Of a stretch of DNA of 40,463 nt, positions 1 through 8,212 are shown piece by piece (the first letter of the stretch is position 1; each line of letters opens with the position of its first letter). Under the pieces are notes generated by a model, which was not told the origin of the DNA, searched no databases, and was given only the letters and a program-made list of their open reading frames with translations. Source of the DNA: an uncultured Pseudomonadota bacterium (lineage in GTDB: Bacteria; Pseudomonadota; Alphaproteobacteria; Rs-D84); contig CASEJM010000009.1 in NCBI GenBank assembly GCA_949288265.1, forward strand, positions 1-40,463. Reading direction: 5' to 3'. A program made the translations under genes and the position numbers.

Positions 1-7
1 AATATAT

Positions 8-31
8 CCCACCATTAAATGGGGGGAAAAA
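8..31 (-). terminator. Probable intrinsic terminator downstream of tig (one mismatch in stem)
   Basis: CCCACCAT-TAA-ATGGGGGG hairpin at 8-26, just after the tig tail. Confidence 0.5.
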
Positions 32-79
32 TTAACGAACGTTTGCGAGTTGAAATAATTCTTCTGTTTTTACTTCTTA

Positions 80-1342
80 TTATTTTGTTTTAACATGTGT
101 TAACATTGCATCCAAAGCCTTGCGCTCAAAAATCATACCACGAAGCATTGCCAACGCATTTTGATTTTTGTTATAAAAATCAAATACCTGTTTGGGGTCT
201 GGGTATCTTGCCGCCTCGGCCCATACAGCTTGTTGTAAATCATCGCGTGTGACTTCTACTTTGTTCTGTGTACCCCATTCTGCAAGAATCAAACCAAGTT
301 TAACGCGGCGTTCTGCTTCTTTGCGTTCTTTCTTTTCGTCCCATTTATGGTCGTTTCCACAGTCACCGTCACAGTGGGCATGTGCGTTATCATGTTCTTG
401 CTTTGCCATGTTTAATTCTTGTTCTACTAAGACTTCTGGCAACTCTAATTTTACTTTATCGGCCAATAAATCTAATAATTCGTTACGCATTTCACGTTTT
501 GCCGCTTCTTCATATTGTTCTTTTAATATGTTGCGGATATGTTCACGTAACTTTTCTACAGATTCATGCCCGACTGCTTTTGCCAATTCATCGTTAAGTT
601 CCGGTAGTTTATGTTTGCGGACTTCGTGAACTTTTACAGCAAAGCGAGCGTCTTTACCAGCTAGATTTTCTGCATGATAGTTTTCAGGAAATTTAACATT
701 AACATCAAATTCGTCGCCCGTCTTATGCCCTATTACCTGTTCTTCAAATCCAGGTATAAAAGAACCCGAACCCAGAATTAAATGATGTTTTTCGGCAGCG
801 CCCCCTTCAAAAGCTTCATTGCCAATAAATCCTTTGAAATCTATTACTGCGGTATCCCCGTTTTCTGCTTTGTAATCAGTATCTTGCTTTTCGGCAATAC
901 TGCGAGATTTGCGGACGTTTTCTAATGATTTTTCAACTTCTGCTTCGTCTAATTTAGTTGTCTTTTTTGTTACTGTAAATTTTTCTAAATCAACCTCTGG
1001 TAACGTGGGCAGAATATCAAAATCTAAGGTGTATTCAGCATCTTTGCCAATTTCCCAATTTGCTAAATCTGCCTTTGGTGAACCGGCCAGACGTAATTTT
1101 TTGTCGGCAATATATTCGTTTAAGTCACGGTTCATAAGTTTATCAATGGCCTCTGATATTGCGGAAGCGTTATATTTTTGACGTAAAATTGATAGCGGAA
1201 TATGACCTGGACGAAACCCCGGCATTTTTGCCTTTTTACCGTATTCGACTAATATTTCATCTGCTGCAGTCTGTAGTTCATTTGCAGTAATGGTGCCGTT
1301 AACGGTATAGTGCAAATCTTTGATTTTTTCTTTTTTAAACAT
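80..1342 (-). CDS. tig: Trigger factor
   Basis: Ribosome-binding signature MPGFRPGHIP, FKBP domain (IDFKG..F.GG..LGSGSFIPGFEEQ), C-domain AERRVKLGLIL. Start placed at ATG 1342 after AGGGGA. The frame continues past two TAA codons to a third stop at 32-34 (see findings). Confidence 0.96.
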   Translation of the reverse strand: MFKKEKIKDLHYTVNGTITANELQTAADEILVEYGKKAKMPGFRPGHIPLSILRQKYNASAISEAIDKLMNRDLNEYIADKKLRLAGSPKADLANWEIGKDAEYTLDFDILPTLPEVDLEKFTVTKKTTKLDEAEVEKSLENVRKSRSIAEKQDTDYKAENGDTAVIDFKGFIGNEAFEGGAAEKHHLILGSGSFIPGFEEQVIGHKTGDEFDVNVKFPENYHAENLAGKDARFAVKVHEVRKHKLPELNDELAKAVGHESVEKLREHIRNILKEQYEEAAKREMRNELLDLLADKVKLELPEVLVEQELNMAKQEHDNAHAHCDGDCGNDHKWDEKKERKEAERRVKLGLILAEWGTQNKVEVTRDDLQQAVWAEAARYPDPKQVFDFYNKNQNALAMLRGMIFERKALDAMLTHVKTK

Positions 1343-1440
1343 TGTATTTCCCCTAAAAATAATGAATTGCTGAGTGATTATACACAGTTTTTTTATAAAC
1401 GCAATAATAAGTTTGTCGGACATGATGTCTTTTTATTTAC

Positions 1441-1469
1441 TTGTGTTTATTTTGTAGTGAGTATATAAT
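1441..1469 (+). promoter_or_regulatory. Sigma70-type promoter for the C4-like leader and Cys-rich gene
   Basis: TTGTGT (1441-1446), 17 bp, TATAAT (1464-1469). Confidence 0.65.
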
Positions 1470-1475
1470 GTTTGC

Positions 1476-1565
1476 TGTCAACAGGTATTCTGTTGATGGG
1501 GTGTGGAAACCTCGATGATAGCGTCGTGGTGTTAATTATGGCGCGTGGTTGCGCTGTTTTTATTA
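1476..1565 (+). promoter_or_regulatory. Upstream antisense target region (a1/b1-like) with hairpins
   Basis: 5' hairpin GTCAACAG/CTGTTGAT. GGGGTGTGGAAAC (1498-1510) and TGATAG (1516-1521) are complementary to GTTTCCAACCTC (1647-1658) and CTATCA (1638-1643). A GGCGCG/TGCGCT hairpin plus T-tract follows at 1540-1565. Confidence 0.55.
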
Positions 1566-1596
1566 TTACGATGAAACATAAACTCCTGATTTTTGT

Positions 1597-1668
1597 GTCA
1601 GGAGGGCCGCGAAATATTAAAAATACGCGACACAATTCTATCAATTGTTTCCAACCTCCTGACCACCA
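1597..1668 (+). ncRNA. C4/CI-like antisense RNA (tRNA-like fold)
   Basis: Closing stem GTCAGGAGG (1597-1605)/CCTCCTGAC (1655-1663), inner hairpins CGCG..CGCG (1608-1629) and ACAATT-CTATC-AATTGT (1632-1648), TTCCAA bulge, 3' ACCA. Family assignment is by architecture, not by a search. Confidence 0.6.
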
Positions 1669-1687
1669 AGTGTTTTGGTGGTTTTTT
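1662..1687 (+). terminator. Intrinsic terminator/attenuator within the leader
   Basis: ACCACCAA-GTGTT-TTGGTGGT followed by a T-run, about 30 nt upstream of the ATG at 1719. Confidence 0.65.
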
Positions 1688-1718
1688 CGTACGAAAAATA
1701 AAAACAGGAGATTGAAAT

Positions 1719-2342
1719 ATGATCAGTATAACAAAAATGATTTGCGGGACTGTATTCATTACGGTAGTAACCGCAAATATATGCAATGCCGCGGTTCAGT
1801 GTGGCATGGAAGTTTCAACGCAACCTAGCGGATATACAACGATTTCTCTGAATGTTGCTGATAATTGTTCGTCAACTAATCAGATATATTTCTGTGACCC
1901 AAACAGCAAACGATGTGATTTTGTTACCAGATGTAACACTTGCTCTAATTCAGGATGGACTATAAGTTATGATACTTATATTGATGGCACTGTGTGTACC
2001 GATATACCTATTACACAGTGTTGTAAAACTTACCCGGGACCGTCCGTTGGTACGTGGACAATAAATTCGTCAAATCGTGCATATCAATACAGACGAATCA
2101 AAAATTACAAATGTGATGGGACATATACTACAACAAATGAATATAGATGTGCGGCTGGATATTATGGTGATGCTAAAGGGACATCGCTTACCAATTTGAC
2201 GGGGTGCGTTCAATGTCCATCAGGTGGGACATCGGTGGCTGGTTCAACAGTAATAACATCTTGCTATTTACCATCTTGGACAACAGGCTCTGATTCCACC
2301 GGTAGTTACATATACACATCAGATTGTTATTACAATAATTAA
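1719..2342 (+). CDS. Secreted cysteine-rich protein (207 aa)
   Basis: SD AGGAG, signal-peptide-like N-terminus (..ANICNAA), about 17 Cys, motifs CAAGYYG and CVQCPSGGTS..GST.ITSCY, ends SDCYYNN. Confidence 0.85.
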   Translation: MISITKMICGTVFITVVTANICNAAVQCGMEVSTQPSGYTTISLNVADNCSSTNQIYFCDPNSKRCDFVTRCNTCSNSGWTISYDTYIDGTVCTDIPITQCCKTYPGPSVGTWTINSSNRAYQYRRIKNYKCDGTYTTTNEYRCAAGYYGDAKGTSLTNLTGCVQCPSGGTSVAGSTVITSCYLPSWTTGSDSTGSYIYTSDCYYNN

Positions 2343-2369
2343 AAAAATCCGCCAATCGGCGGATTTTTT
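2341..2369. terminator. Bidirectional intrinsic terminator
   Basis: A-run, TCCGCC-AATC-GGCGGA, T6 between convergent genes. Confidence 0.85.
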
Positions 2370-2380
2370 CCATAAACGTA

Positions 2381-2872
2381 TTAACGTTTGCTGAACTGTG
2401 TAGAACGACGAGCTTTGTGACGACCAAAGTGTTTACGTTCAACAACGCGGCTGTCGCGTGTCAAGAAGCCCGCAGCTTTTAATGTTTTACGTAAATCTGG
2501 TTCCGCTTTTTCAAGTGCTTTGGATATACCATGTTTTACTGCACCTGCTTGACCAGATAATCCGCCACCCATTACAATTGCGTGTACGTCATAGGCTGTT
2601 TCACGTTTTGTGATACCAAAAGGTTGTGCAATTATCATCTGTAATACAGGACGACGGAAATATTCCATCATAGGAATACCGTTAACGATGATTTGCCCCT
2701 TACCTGCAACTAAGTATACGCGGGCAACAGAATCTTTACGCTTACCCGTCGCGTAAGTCGCATTTGATAATTTAACATCTGCAACGGCTTTCTTTGCAGT
2801 TGATTTTGCAGGGGCCGCCTTTTTTGTTGTTTTGGCTGCTGTCTTTTTTACAGTTTTCTTTTCTTCTGTCAT
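2381..2872 (-). CDS. rpsI: 30S ribosomal protein S9
   Basis: [44 protein letters not shown]; Lys/Ala-rich N-terminal extension. Confidence 0.98.
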   Translation of the reverse strand: MTEEKKTVKKTAAKTTKKAAPAKSTAKKAVADVKLSNATYATGKRKDSVARVYLVAGKGQIIVNGIPMMEYFRRPVLQMIIAQPFGITKRETAYDVHAIVMGGGLSGQAGAVKHGISKALEKAEPDLRKTLKAAGFLTRDSRVVERKHFGRHKARRSTQFSKR

Positions 2873-3345
2873 TATTCGCCCCTTTTATTTTTGCGATTTA
2901 ATTCCGCGAAATTAATAACAATTGGGTTTTGTGCCGCATGTTTATGTTCTGATCCAGCATAGATATGCAGTTTCGTTAACCGCTGATTTGCCAACGCAAC
3001 AGCAGTACGACGTCCCATCATACGTTTTACCGCGTTGAAAACCAACTTTTCGGGTTTTTCATTGCGCATCTGTCCCAATGTGCGTTCTTTGGTGCTGCCG
3101 GTCCACAAAGAATGCCAAAAGAATTTCGTCTTTTCTGCTTTCTTACCAGACAAAGCAACCTTGTCCGCGTTAATTATAATGACGTGATCGCCACAATCCA
3201 TGTTCGGCGTCCATGTCGGCTTATTCTTACCACGTAGAATGTTTGCAGTAAAAGCTGCCAAACGTCCAAGCGTGCAATCGGTTGCGTCAATTAGATACCA
3301 TTTGGCTTCTAATTCGCATTTTTTTAACGATTTTGTCGCTGCCAT
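2872..3345 (-). CDS. rplM: 50S ribosomal protein L13
   Basis: [40 protein letters not shown]; start ATG 3345 after AAGGT; stop overlaps the rpsI start. Confidence 0.97.
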   Translation of the reverse strand: MAATKSLKKCELEAKWYLIDATDCTLGRLAAFTANILRGKNKPTWTPNMDCGDHVIIINADKVALSGKKAEKTKFFWHSLWTGSTKERTLGQMRNEKPEKLVFNAVKRMMGRRTAVALANQRLTKLHIYAGSEHKHAAQNPIVINFAELNRKNKRGE

Positions 3346-3377
3346 GTTTTTTACCTTTTTATTAAATTTGCGGGACA

Positions 3378-3406
3378 ATTATGCCCCGCACTACTAGAAA
3401 AGTCAA
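3378..3406 (-). promoter_or_regulatory. Sigma70 promoter of rplM-rpsI
   Basis: TTGACT, 17 bp, CATAAT on the minus strand. Confidence 0.65.
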
Positions 3407-3445
3407 GAGTTTTTTGATATGGTATAATAATACCGTACGAAGATA

Positions 3446-5155
3446 TTACATCTCTTCTGGAATTTTTAGCCCCATTAAATCAATCGCTGTCGCTAATGTG
3501 TCACGTGCAATACGTGTAACCGTAAGACGTTGAGCTTTTGTTTCTTCGTTTATGCCTTCGCGTAAAATAGGACAGTTATGATAAAACGTATTTATTAATT
3601 GGCATAAATCATATGCGTAGTTCGCAATAATATCCGTTGCACGATTATCAAAAGCGCTTTGCACGGTTCGTTCAAAATCAAGGATCTCAATCAGAAGATT
3701 TCGTTCTTCTTCAGATAATGAACATAACTTTGATTCTTTTTTTATCCCTGCTTTTTTCAAGACACTGTTTAAACGTACAGCTGTGTATAATATGTATGGT
3801 CCTGTACGTCCCTCAAAACTGGTTACGGATTCAGGATCAAATATATAATCTGATCGCAAGTCATGCATTAAGTCATTAAATTTAAGTGCTGCCAGCGCAA
3901 TTGTATCAATAGTTTCTTTAGGTAAATTTTTCCCGCTTTCTATAACGCGTTTTTTTACCGCTTCGTTTATCATATCTATGATATCATTTAAACCTGCGGC
4001 ATTCCCGTCACGGGTTTTAAAAGGTTTACCGTCTGAACCGTTTATAGTACCATAACCTATGTGTTCTAAATTTTCTGGTGGAAATAAACCTGTTATTTCT
4101 GCAACGCGAAATAATTGTTCAAAGTGAAGTTTTTGCCTTATATCGGTTAAGTATATTATTTTATCGGGATTATCTGTAATTTTTCTATAATATAAAGCCA
4201 TTATATCCGTAGCGTCATAAGGGACGGCACCACGTGAGTTATAAAACATTACTGGTGGCATTGGTGCATTGTCTGTATCTTTCTTTACGATTATTACTTC
4301 TGCCCCATCGCTTTTTACCAATAAATTTTTTTCACGCAGCATTTTTTCAACGGGTTCAATATATAATGCGGCATTTCGTTCACCAAGATTTTTATCAAAA
4401 GGCATTATATTTAGCTTGTTTACTGTTTCAGTCATAGATTTTAAAGATATCGGAAAAAATACGTTATATAATGCATTATAACCTGGGTGTCCTCCCTGTA
4501 ATTTTGCTGTGATTATGCGAGCTTCTTCCATAAATTTTTCATCTGTTTTTGCCAAAGCCACCGCCGCGGGATAGTAAGTATCTAATTCTTCCGGAGACAT
4601 TGCATATTTGCTATAATCTGCATCTGGATTAAAGTCATCCTTGAAAAAAGGCCAATCAGGATGATTCTTCTTTATCCATGCAATTACAAGTCCCATAGAG
4701 CGTCCCCAGTCACCCATATGGTTATAAGATATGGTTTTATGCCCTATGTATTTTGCGATTCTATTTAAAGTGTCACCAACGATGGATGTTCTTAAATGAC
4801 CAATATGTAAAGATTTCGCAACGTTATAAGAACCATAATCCATATCTATTATCAAAGGATTTTGTGTCTTCATATCATGTGGTTTTGCAGCGGCATACCA
4901 TATAAAGTCGTCTCGTAATTTTATGTTTATAAAGCCAGGACCGGCGATAGAGGCTGATTCCACAAAATCTAGTTCTGATAATTTGGGCATAATTTCTGCC
5001 GCAAAATCACGCGGATTTTTCCCTTCTTTTTTGGCCATAACCATCGCCGCGTTTGTCGAAAAGTCACCGAAAGAGCGATTGCGAGGGGTTTCTAAATTAG
5101 CTTTGAATCCGAGCTTTTCATTTATTGCTTCTGATACATATTTATATAAATTCAT
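3446..5155 (-). CDS. argS: Arginine--tRNA ligase
   Basis: FGDFSTNAAM, AGPGFIN, HIGH motif (SLHIGHLR), NHMGDWG, KPFKTR, FEGRTGPYILY, C-terminal PEEM. Confidence 0.97.
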   Translation of the reverse strand: MNLYKYVSEAINEKLGFKANLETPRNRSFGDFSTNAAMVMAKKEGKNPRDFAAEIMPKLSELDFVESASIAGPGFINIKLRDDFIWYAAAKPHDMKTQNPLIIDMDYGSYNVAKSLHIGHLRTSIVGDTLNRIAKYIGHKTISYNHMGDWGRSMGLVIAWIKKNHPDWPFFKDDFNPDADYSKYAMSPEELDTYYPAAVALAKTDEKFMEEARIITAKLQGGHPGYNALYNVFFPISLKSMTETVNKLNIMPFDKNLGERNAALYIEPVEKMLREKNLLVKSDGAEVIIVKKDTDNAPMPPVMFYNSRGAVPYDATDIMALYYRKITDNPDKIIYLTDIRQKLHFEQLFRVAEITGLFPPENLEHIGYGTINGSDGKPFKTRDGNAAGLNDIIDMINEAVKKRVIESGKNLPKETIDTIALAALKFNDLMHDLRSDYIFDPESVTSFEGRTGPYILYTAVRLNSVLKKAGIKKESKLCSLSEEERNLLIEILDFERTVQSAFDNRATDIIANYAYDLCQLINTFYHNCPILREGINEETKAQRLTVTRIARDTLATAIDLMGLKIPEEM

Positions 5156-5172
5156 TTTTAATACTCATAAAG

Positions 5173-6453
5173 TTATATAGGTAAAATTATTCTTACTTTT
5201 AAACCGCCAAGGTCACTGTTTTCTAAAAATAACTGACCACCGTGGTTTTCAATAGCAGTTTGCGCAATGGATAAACCAAGCCCTGTCCCCCCGGTCTTTT
5301 CACTGCGAGATTCGTCCAAACGAACAAACGGTCGTAAAGCATCTTTCTTTTTGTCGTCAGGAATGCCTGGACCATCGTCCTCGATTATGATTTCTACTTG
5401 TTCCGTAGAATCTTTTTCGGTAATGCGAATTTTCTTTTTTGCATATCTTGCCGCGTTTTCAATTATATTACTAAAGGCACGGGCTAACGCCATTGGTCTT
5501 GCATAAAACTGAACGGGTTCTTCAGGAAATTCAGTTATAATTTTTTTATCTGGTGCCGCATCCCTAGCAATTCTTAAAAGCATTGCAGGTAATTCGGTCG
5601 TCTGTTCTATTTCTGGAATTTCTCCGCGGGCAAAAGCTAAATATCCATTTACCATTTCCGTCATGCGGTCAATGTCTTTTAATAAGTCTTTTTTAGATGC
5701 TTCACCAGTTTCAACAGATAAACGCATGCGGGTCAAAGGCGCTTTTAGATCATGACTTACTGCGTTTAACATATCTGTTCTTGTGCGATTGTAACGGTTT
5801 AAACGTTCTTTCATAATAATCATTGCCGTGGCAGCATCGCGTATTTCTTTTGAACCAGTTGGTTGAAATCCTGGTGCATCCAGACCGCGTCCAAACCGGT
5901 TTGCCGCCTTTGAAATTCGACGAATGCTTCGCGTGTGCATTATTATGAATGGGGAAATCAATATTGATACAATTAATATTGAGCCTATCAACCATATAAT
6001 AAATACCTCGGTACTAGTTGAATATATGCGATACAAAGACGTTCCGAACGTCGTGATTTTTCCGTCGTTGTTTGGAATGTCTATGAACACAAGACGTTTA
6101 CCTTTGTCCATATATATTTGAGCCGGTCGTTTCATTTGTTTCGAAAGTTCTTCGGCAAGTAAACCAGCTTCGCGAGAATTATTGTCATTATGGCTTGGTC
6201 GATTTAGTTTCGAATTTATTGAAACGTTTATACCCATATTTCGTGCCATAGTTGTTGCGGCGGCTATTTCTCCATTATCAATGAAATTCATCATTGTAAC
6301 AACTTCAACAGCCAGGCTTCTTGCTAAAGTTGCATGAACCCTTGCCCAGTGATTGCCAAAAAACACATTAGCAATTATTACCTCTGCTATAATCAAAGGT
6401 ATTAAAATCATTAAAATTGTACGCCACAAAAAGCTTCTTGGTATCAGTCTCAT
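5173..6453 (-). CDS. EnvZ-like membrane sensor histidine kinase
   Basis: Two TM segments, HAMP-like region, H-box SHDLKAPL, N-box NIIENA, G1 DDGPGI, F-box PFVRLD, G2 GTGLGL. Confidence 0.93.
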   Translation of the reverse strand: MRLIPRSFLWRTILMILIPLIIAEVIIANVFFGNHWARVHATLARSLAVEVVTMMNFIDNGEIAAATTMARNMGINVSINSKLNRPSHNDNNSREAGLLAEELSKQMKRPAQIYMDKGKRLVFIDIPNNDGKITTFGTSLYRIYSTSTEVFIIWLIGSILIVSILISPFIIMHTRSIRRISKAANRFGRGLDAPGFQPTGSKEIRDAATAMIIMKERLNRYNRTRTDMLNAVSHDLKAPLTRMRLSVETGEASKKDLLKDIDRMTEMVNGYLAFARGEIPEIEQTTELPAMLLRIARDAAPDKKIITEFPEEPVQFYARPMALARAFSNIIENAARYAKKKIRITEKDSTEQVEIIIEDDGPGIPDDKKKDALRPFVRLDESRSEKTGGTGLGLSIAQTAIENHGGQLFLENSDLGGLKVRIILPI

Positions 6454-6454
6454 T

Positions 6455-7117
6455 CTAGTCACCGTCTTTATTTTCGTCAGAGCGAATATGAATTAATTTA
6501 TATCCTCGTCCACGTATTGTAACGATATCTACATCAGATAATACAACATTTAATTTGTTGCGCAAGCGTTTTGCAACCATCGGAGCAGCAGGCGCAATAT
6601 TACCAATAGGCGTTGTCAATTGGCGTAATAACTTCTTTTCTTCACCTGATAAAGGTAAAATTCTTGGCGAAGAAGCTTTATTATTTTGGGGTGTTATGAA
6701 GAATTCTTCATCTGTAAAAATCAATCCCCCAGGTAGCTTAGCGTCAGGGACATAAGTGCTTTTTATGATGTTATTTATTCTTAAAACAAGTTCTTTTAAT
6801 TGAAATGGTTTGGCCAAATAGTCATTTGCGCCACCAGATAAACCGTCAATGGCGTTTTCCGCCCCTGTCATTGCCGTCAACATTATAACAGGAGTATTAT
6901 TACCATCCGCACGAAGGCTTTTTAATAAGGTCAAACCATCCATTCCCCCAAGCATACGATCCAAAACAATTGCATCTAATTTTACACGCTTTAATATTTC
7001 TTGCCCTTGTTCAGCACTGTTCGCCGTTATCACATTAAACATATTGTCGCGCAAACCACGGGCAAGCGTTTTGCGCAACATATCATCATCATCAATAATT
7101 AAAACCGTTTTGTTCAT
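6455..7117 (-). CDS. OmpR-family response regulator with shortened winged-helix domain
   Basis: Receiver IIDDD..LDRML..MLTA..GANDYLAKPF; C-terminal wing IVTIRGRGYKL. Confidence 0.92.
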   Translation of the reverse strand: MNKTVLIIDDDDMLRKTLARGLRDNMFNVITANSAEQGQEILKRVKLDAIVLDRMLGGMDGLTLLKSLRADGNNTPVIMLTAMTGAENAIDGLSGGANDYLAKPFQLKELVLRINNIIKSTYVPDAKLPGGLIFTDEEFFITPQNNKASSPRILPLSGEEKKLLRQLTTPIGNIAPAAPMVAKRLRNKLNVVLSDVDIVTIRGRGYKLIHIRSDENKDGD

Positions 7118-7150
7118 ATAAAAACTTTTTTGGAAGCGAAAGCCATAAGA

Positions 7151-8074
7151 TCACTTTTTAAGTGGCTCTACGGCGTATTCACCGGGTTGTATCGTCAACA
7201 TTGCGTTGGCACCAGTAATTCCCTCTTCTTCCGTGATGGCTGCCCGGAATTGCATTCCGCCAGTTGTGAATTCAGTCTTGAACAATGCATATCCAGTTCC
7301 CCCACCCGTTGTTGGTCCTTGCATGCCCAAAGAATAATAACCACCTATAATACCGTAATCTAAGTCTATGTAGTCAATATTAACTAACAATGATACGTTA
7401 CTTAGACCATCACTTGTCATGTTACAAGTGAATTCACGATTAGATAGGGTTGCTTGCGAATTAATTGGAATGACGATATCCATAATCGTCGGTTCACAAA
7501 CGCGGGCGATACCATTTACTAAAAACTCATATGTCATACTAACGGTTGCTTTTGATAAACCTGTTGATAAATTAACCGTTGAAATGGTCGCTTTGGGTAT
7601 TTTGACTAACGCGTTAGCAATACCACTTCGTACAGGAAAGGAAATGCCAGATTGTAAGCAATCGCGAGAAAAAGGATCTGCTTCACATATATAAACCCGT
7701 GAATATTCGTTCATCATAAACATATTAGCTAAGCTATTGAACAGAAATGTACGAGTTATCCTGTCATTCAGACGTGTGCAACCAAAATTACGACATATTA
7801 TCATTGGTCTTTCACCAAAAGCTACCCCTGGGTGCATCATTGATTCTATTTGCCGTGCTTCTTCTATGTTTAAGTCATAGTCTAAGCTGTCAGCCCGGTT
7901 CATAAATTCTGTTTCTGGTACGAAATTAGGATCGTCTGGGTACGCATAATAAGATTGAACCGGAGTCTCTGTATATATTGTTTGAAAGTTGTCATATACG
8001 ATTTCTTCATTTGCAGCTTGGGCGTTGAAAGCGAACAAACCAGCAAAAATCGCCATTAAAATGAATCTAGTCAT
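7151..8074 (-). CDS. Hypothetical exported protein (307 aa)
   Basis: Signal peptide ending AQA, several Cys, beta-rich C-terminal half; no family recognised. Confidence 0.75.
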   Translation of the reverse strand: MTRFILMAIFAGLFAFNAQAANEEIVYDNFQTIYTETPVQSYYAYPDDPNFVPETEFMNRADSLDYDLNIEEARQIESMMHPGVAFGERPMIICRNFGCTRLNDRITRTFLFNSLANMFMMNEYSRVYICEADPFSRDCLQSGISFPVRSGIANALVKIPKATISTVNLSTGLSKATVSMTYEFLVNGIARVCEPTIMDIVIPINSQATLSNREFTCNMTSDGLSNVSLLVNIDYIDLDYGIIGGYYSLGMQGPTTGGGTGYALFKTEFTTGGMQFRAAITEEEGITGANAMLTIQPGEYAVEPLKK

Positions 8075-8212
8075 GTTTATGCCTTTTTCTCTCTGATAAA
8101 TCTTAAAACATTCGCGGCCTATGTGTCAAAGCAAAAATTTTTATTGAAAATTGCATTTAGTTTGTTCTATAAGTAACGATAGAAAAAGAGATATTAATTA
8201 AAGGCGAAAAAT

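Noticed and set aside
77-82. Stop-codon reassignment
   Set aside because: TAA, TAG and TGA all terminate conserved genes at expected positions, and Trp is encoded by TGG.
1597-1668. A true tRNA, retron msr-msd, or riboswitch
   Set aside because: No T-loop or anticodon arm, no reverse transcriptase in the window, and no aptamer motif I recognise.
1472-1828. 118-aa ORF, plus the minus-strand ORFs 1447-1644 and 1598-1786, across the leader
   Set aside because: No SD, overlap with the structured RNA, terminator or Cys-rich gene; the RNA structure explains the sequence better.
2770-2872. Low-complexity extension on S9 (and the tails of S16 and L25) as novelty
   Set aside because: Such extensions are common in alphaproteobacterial ribosomal proteins.
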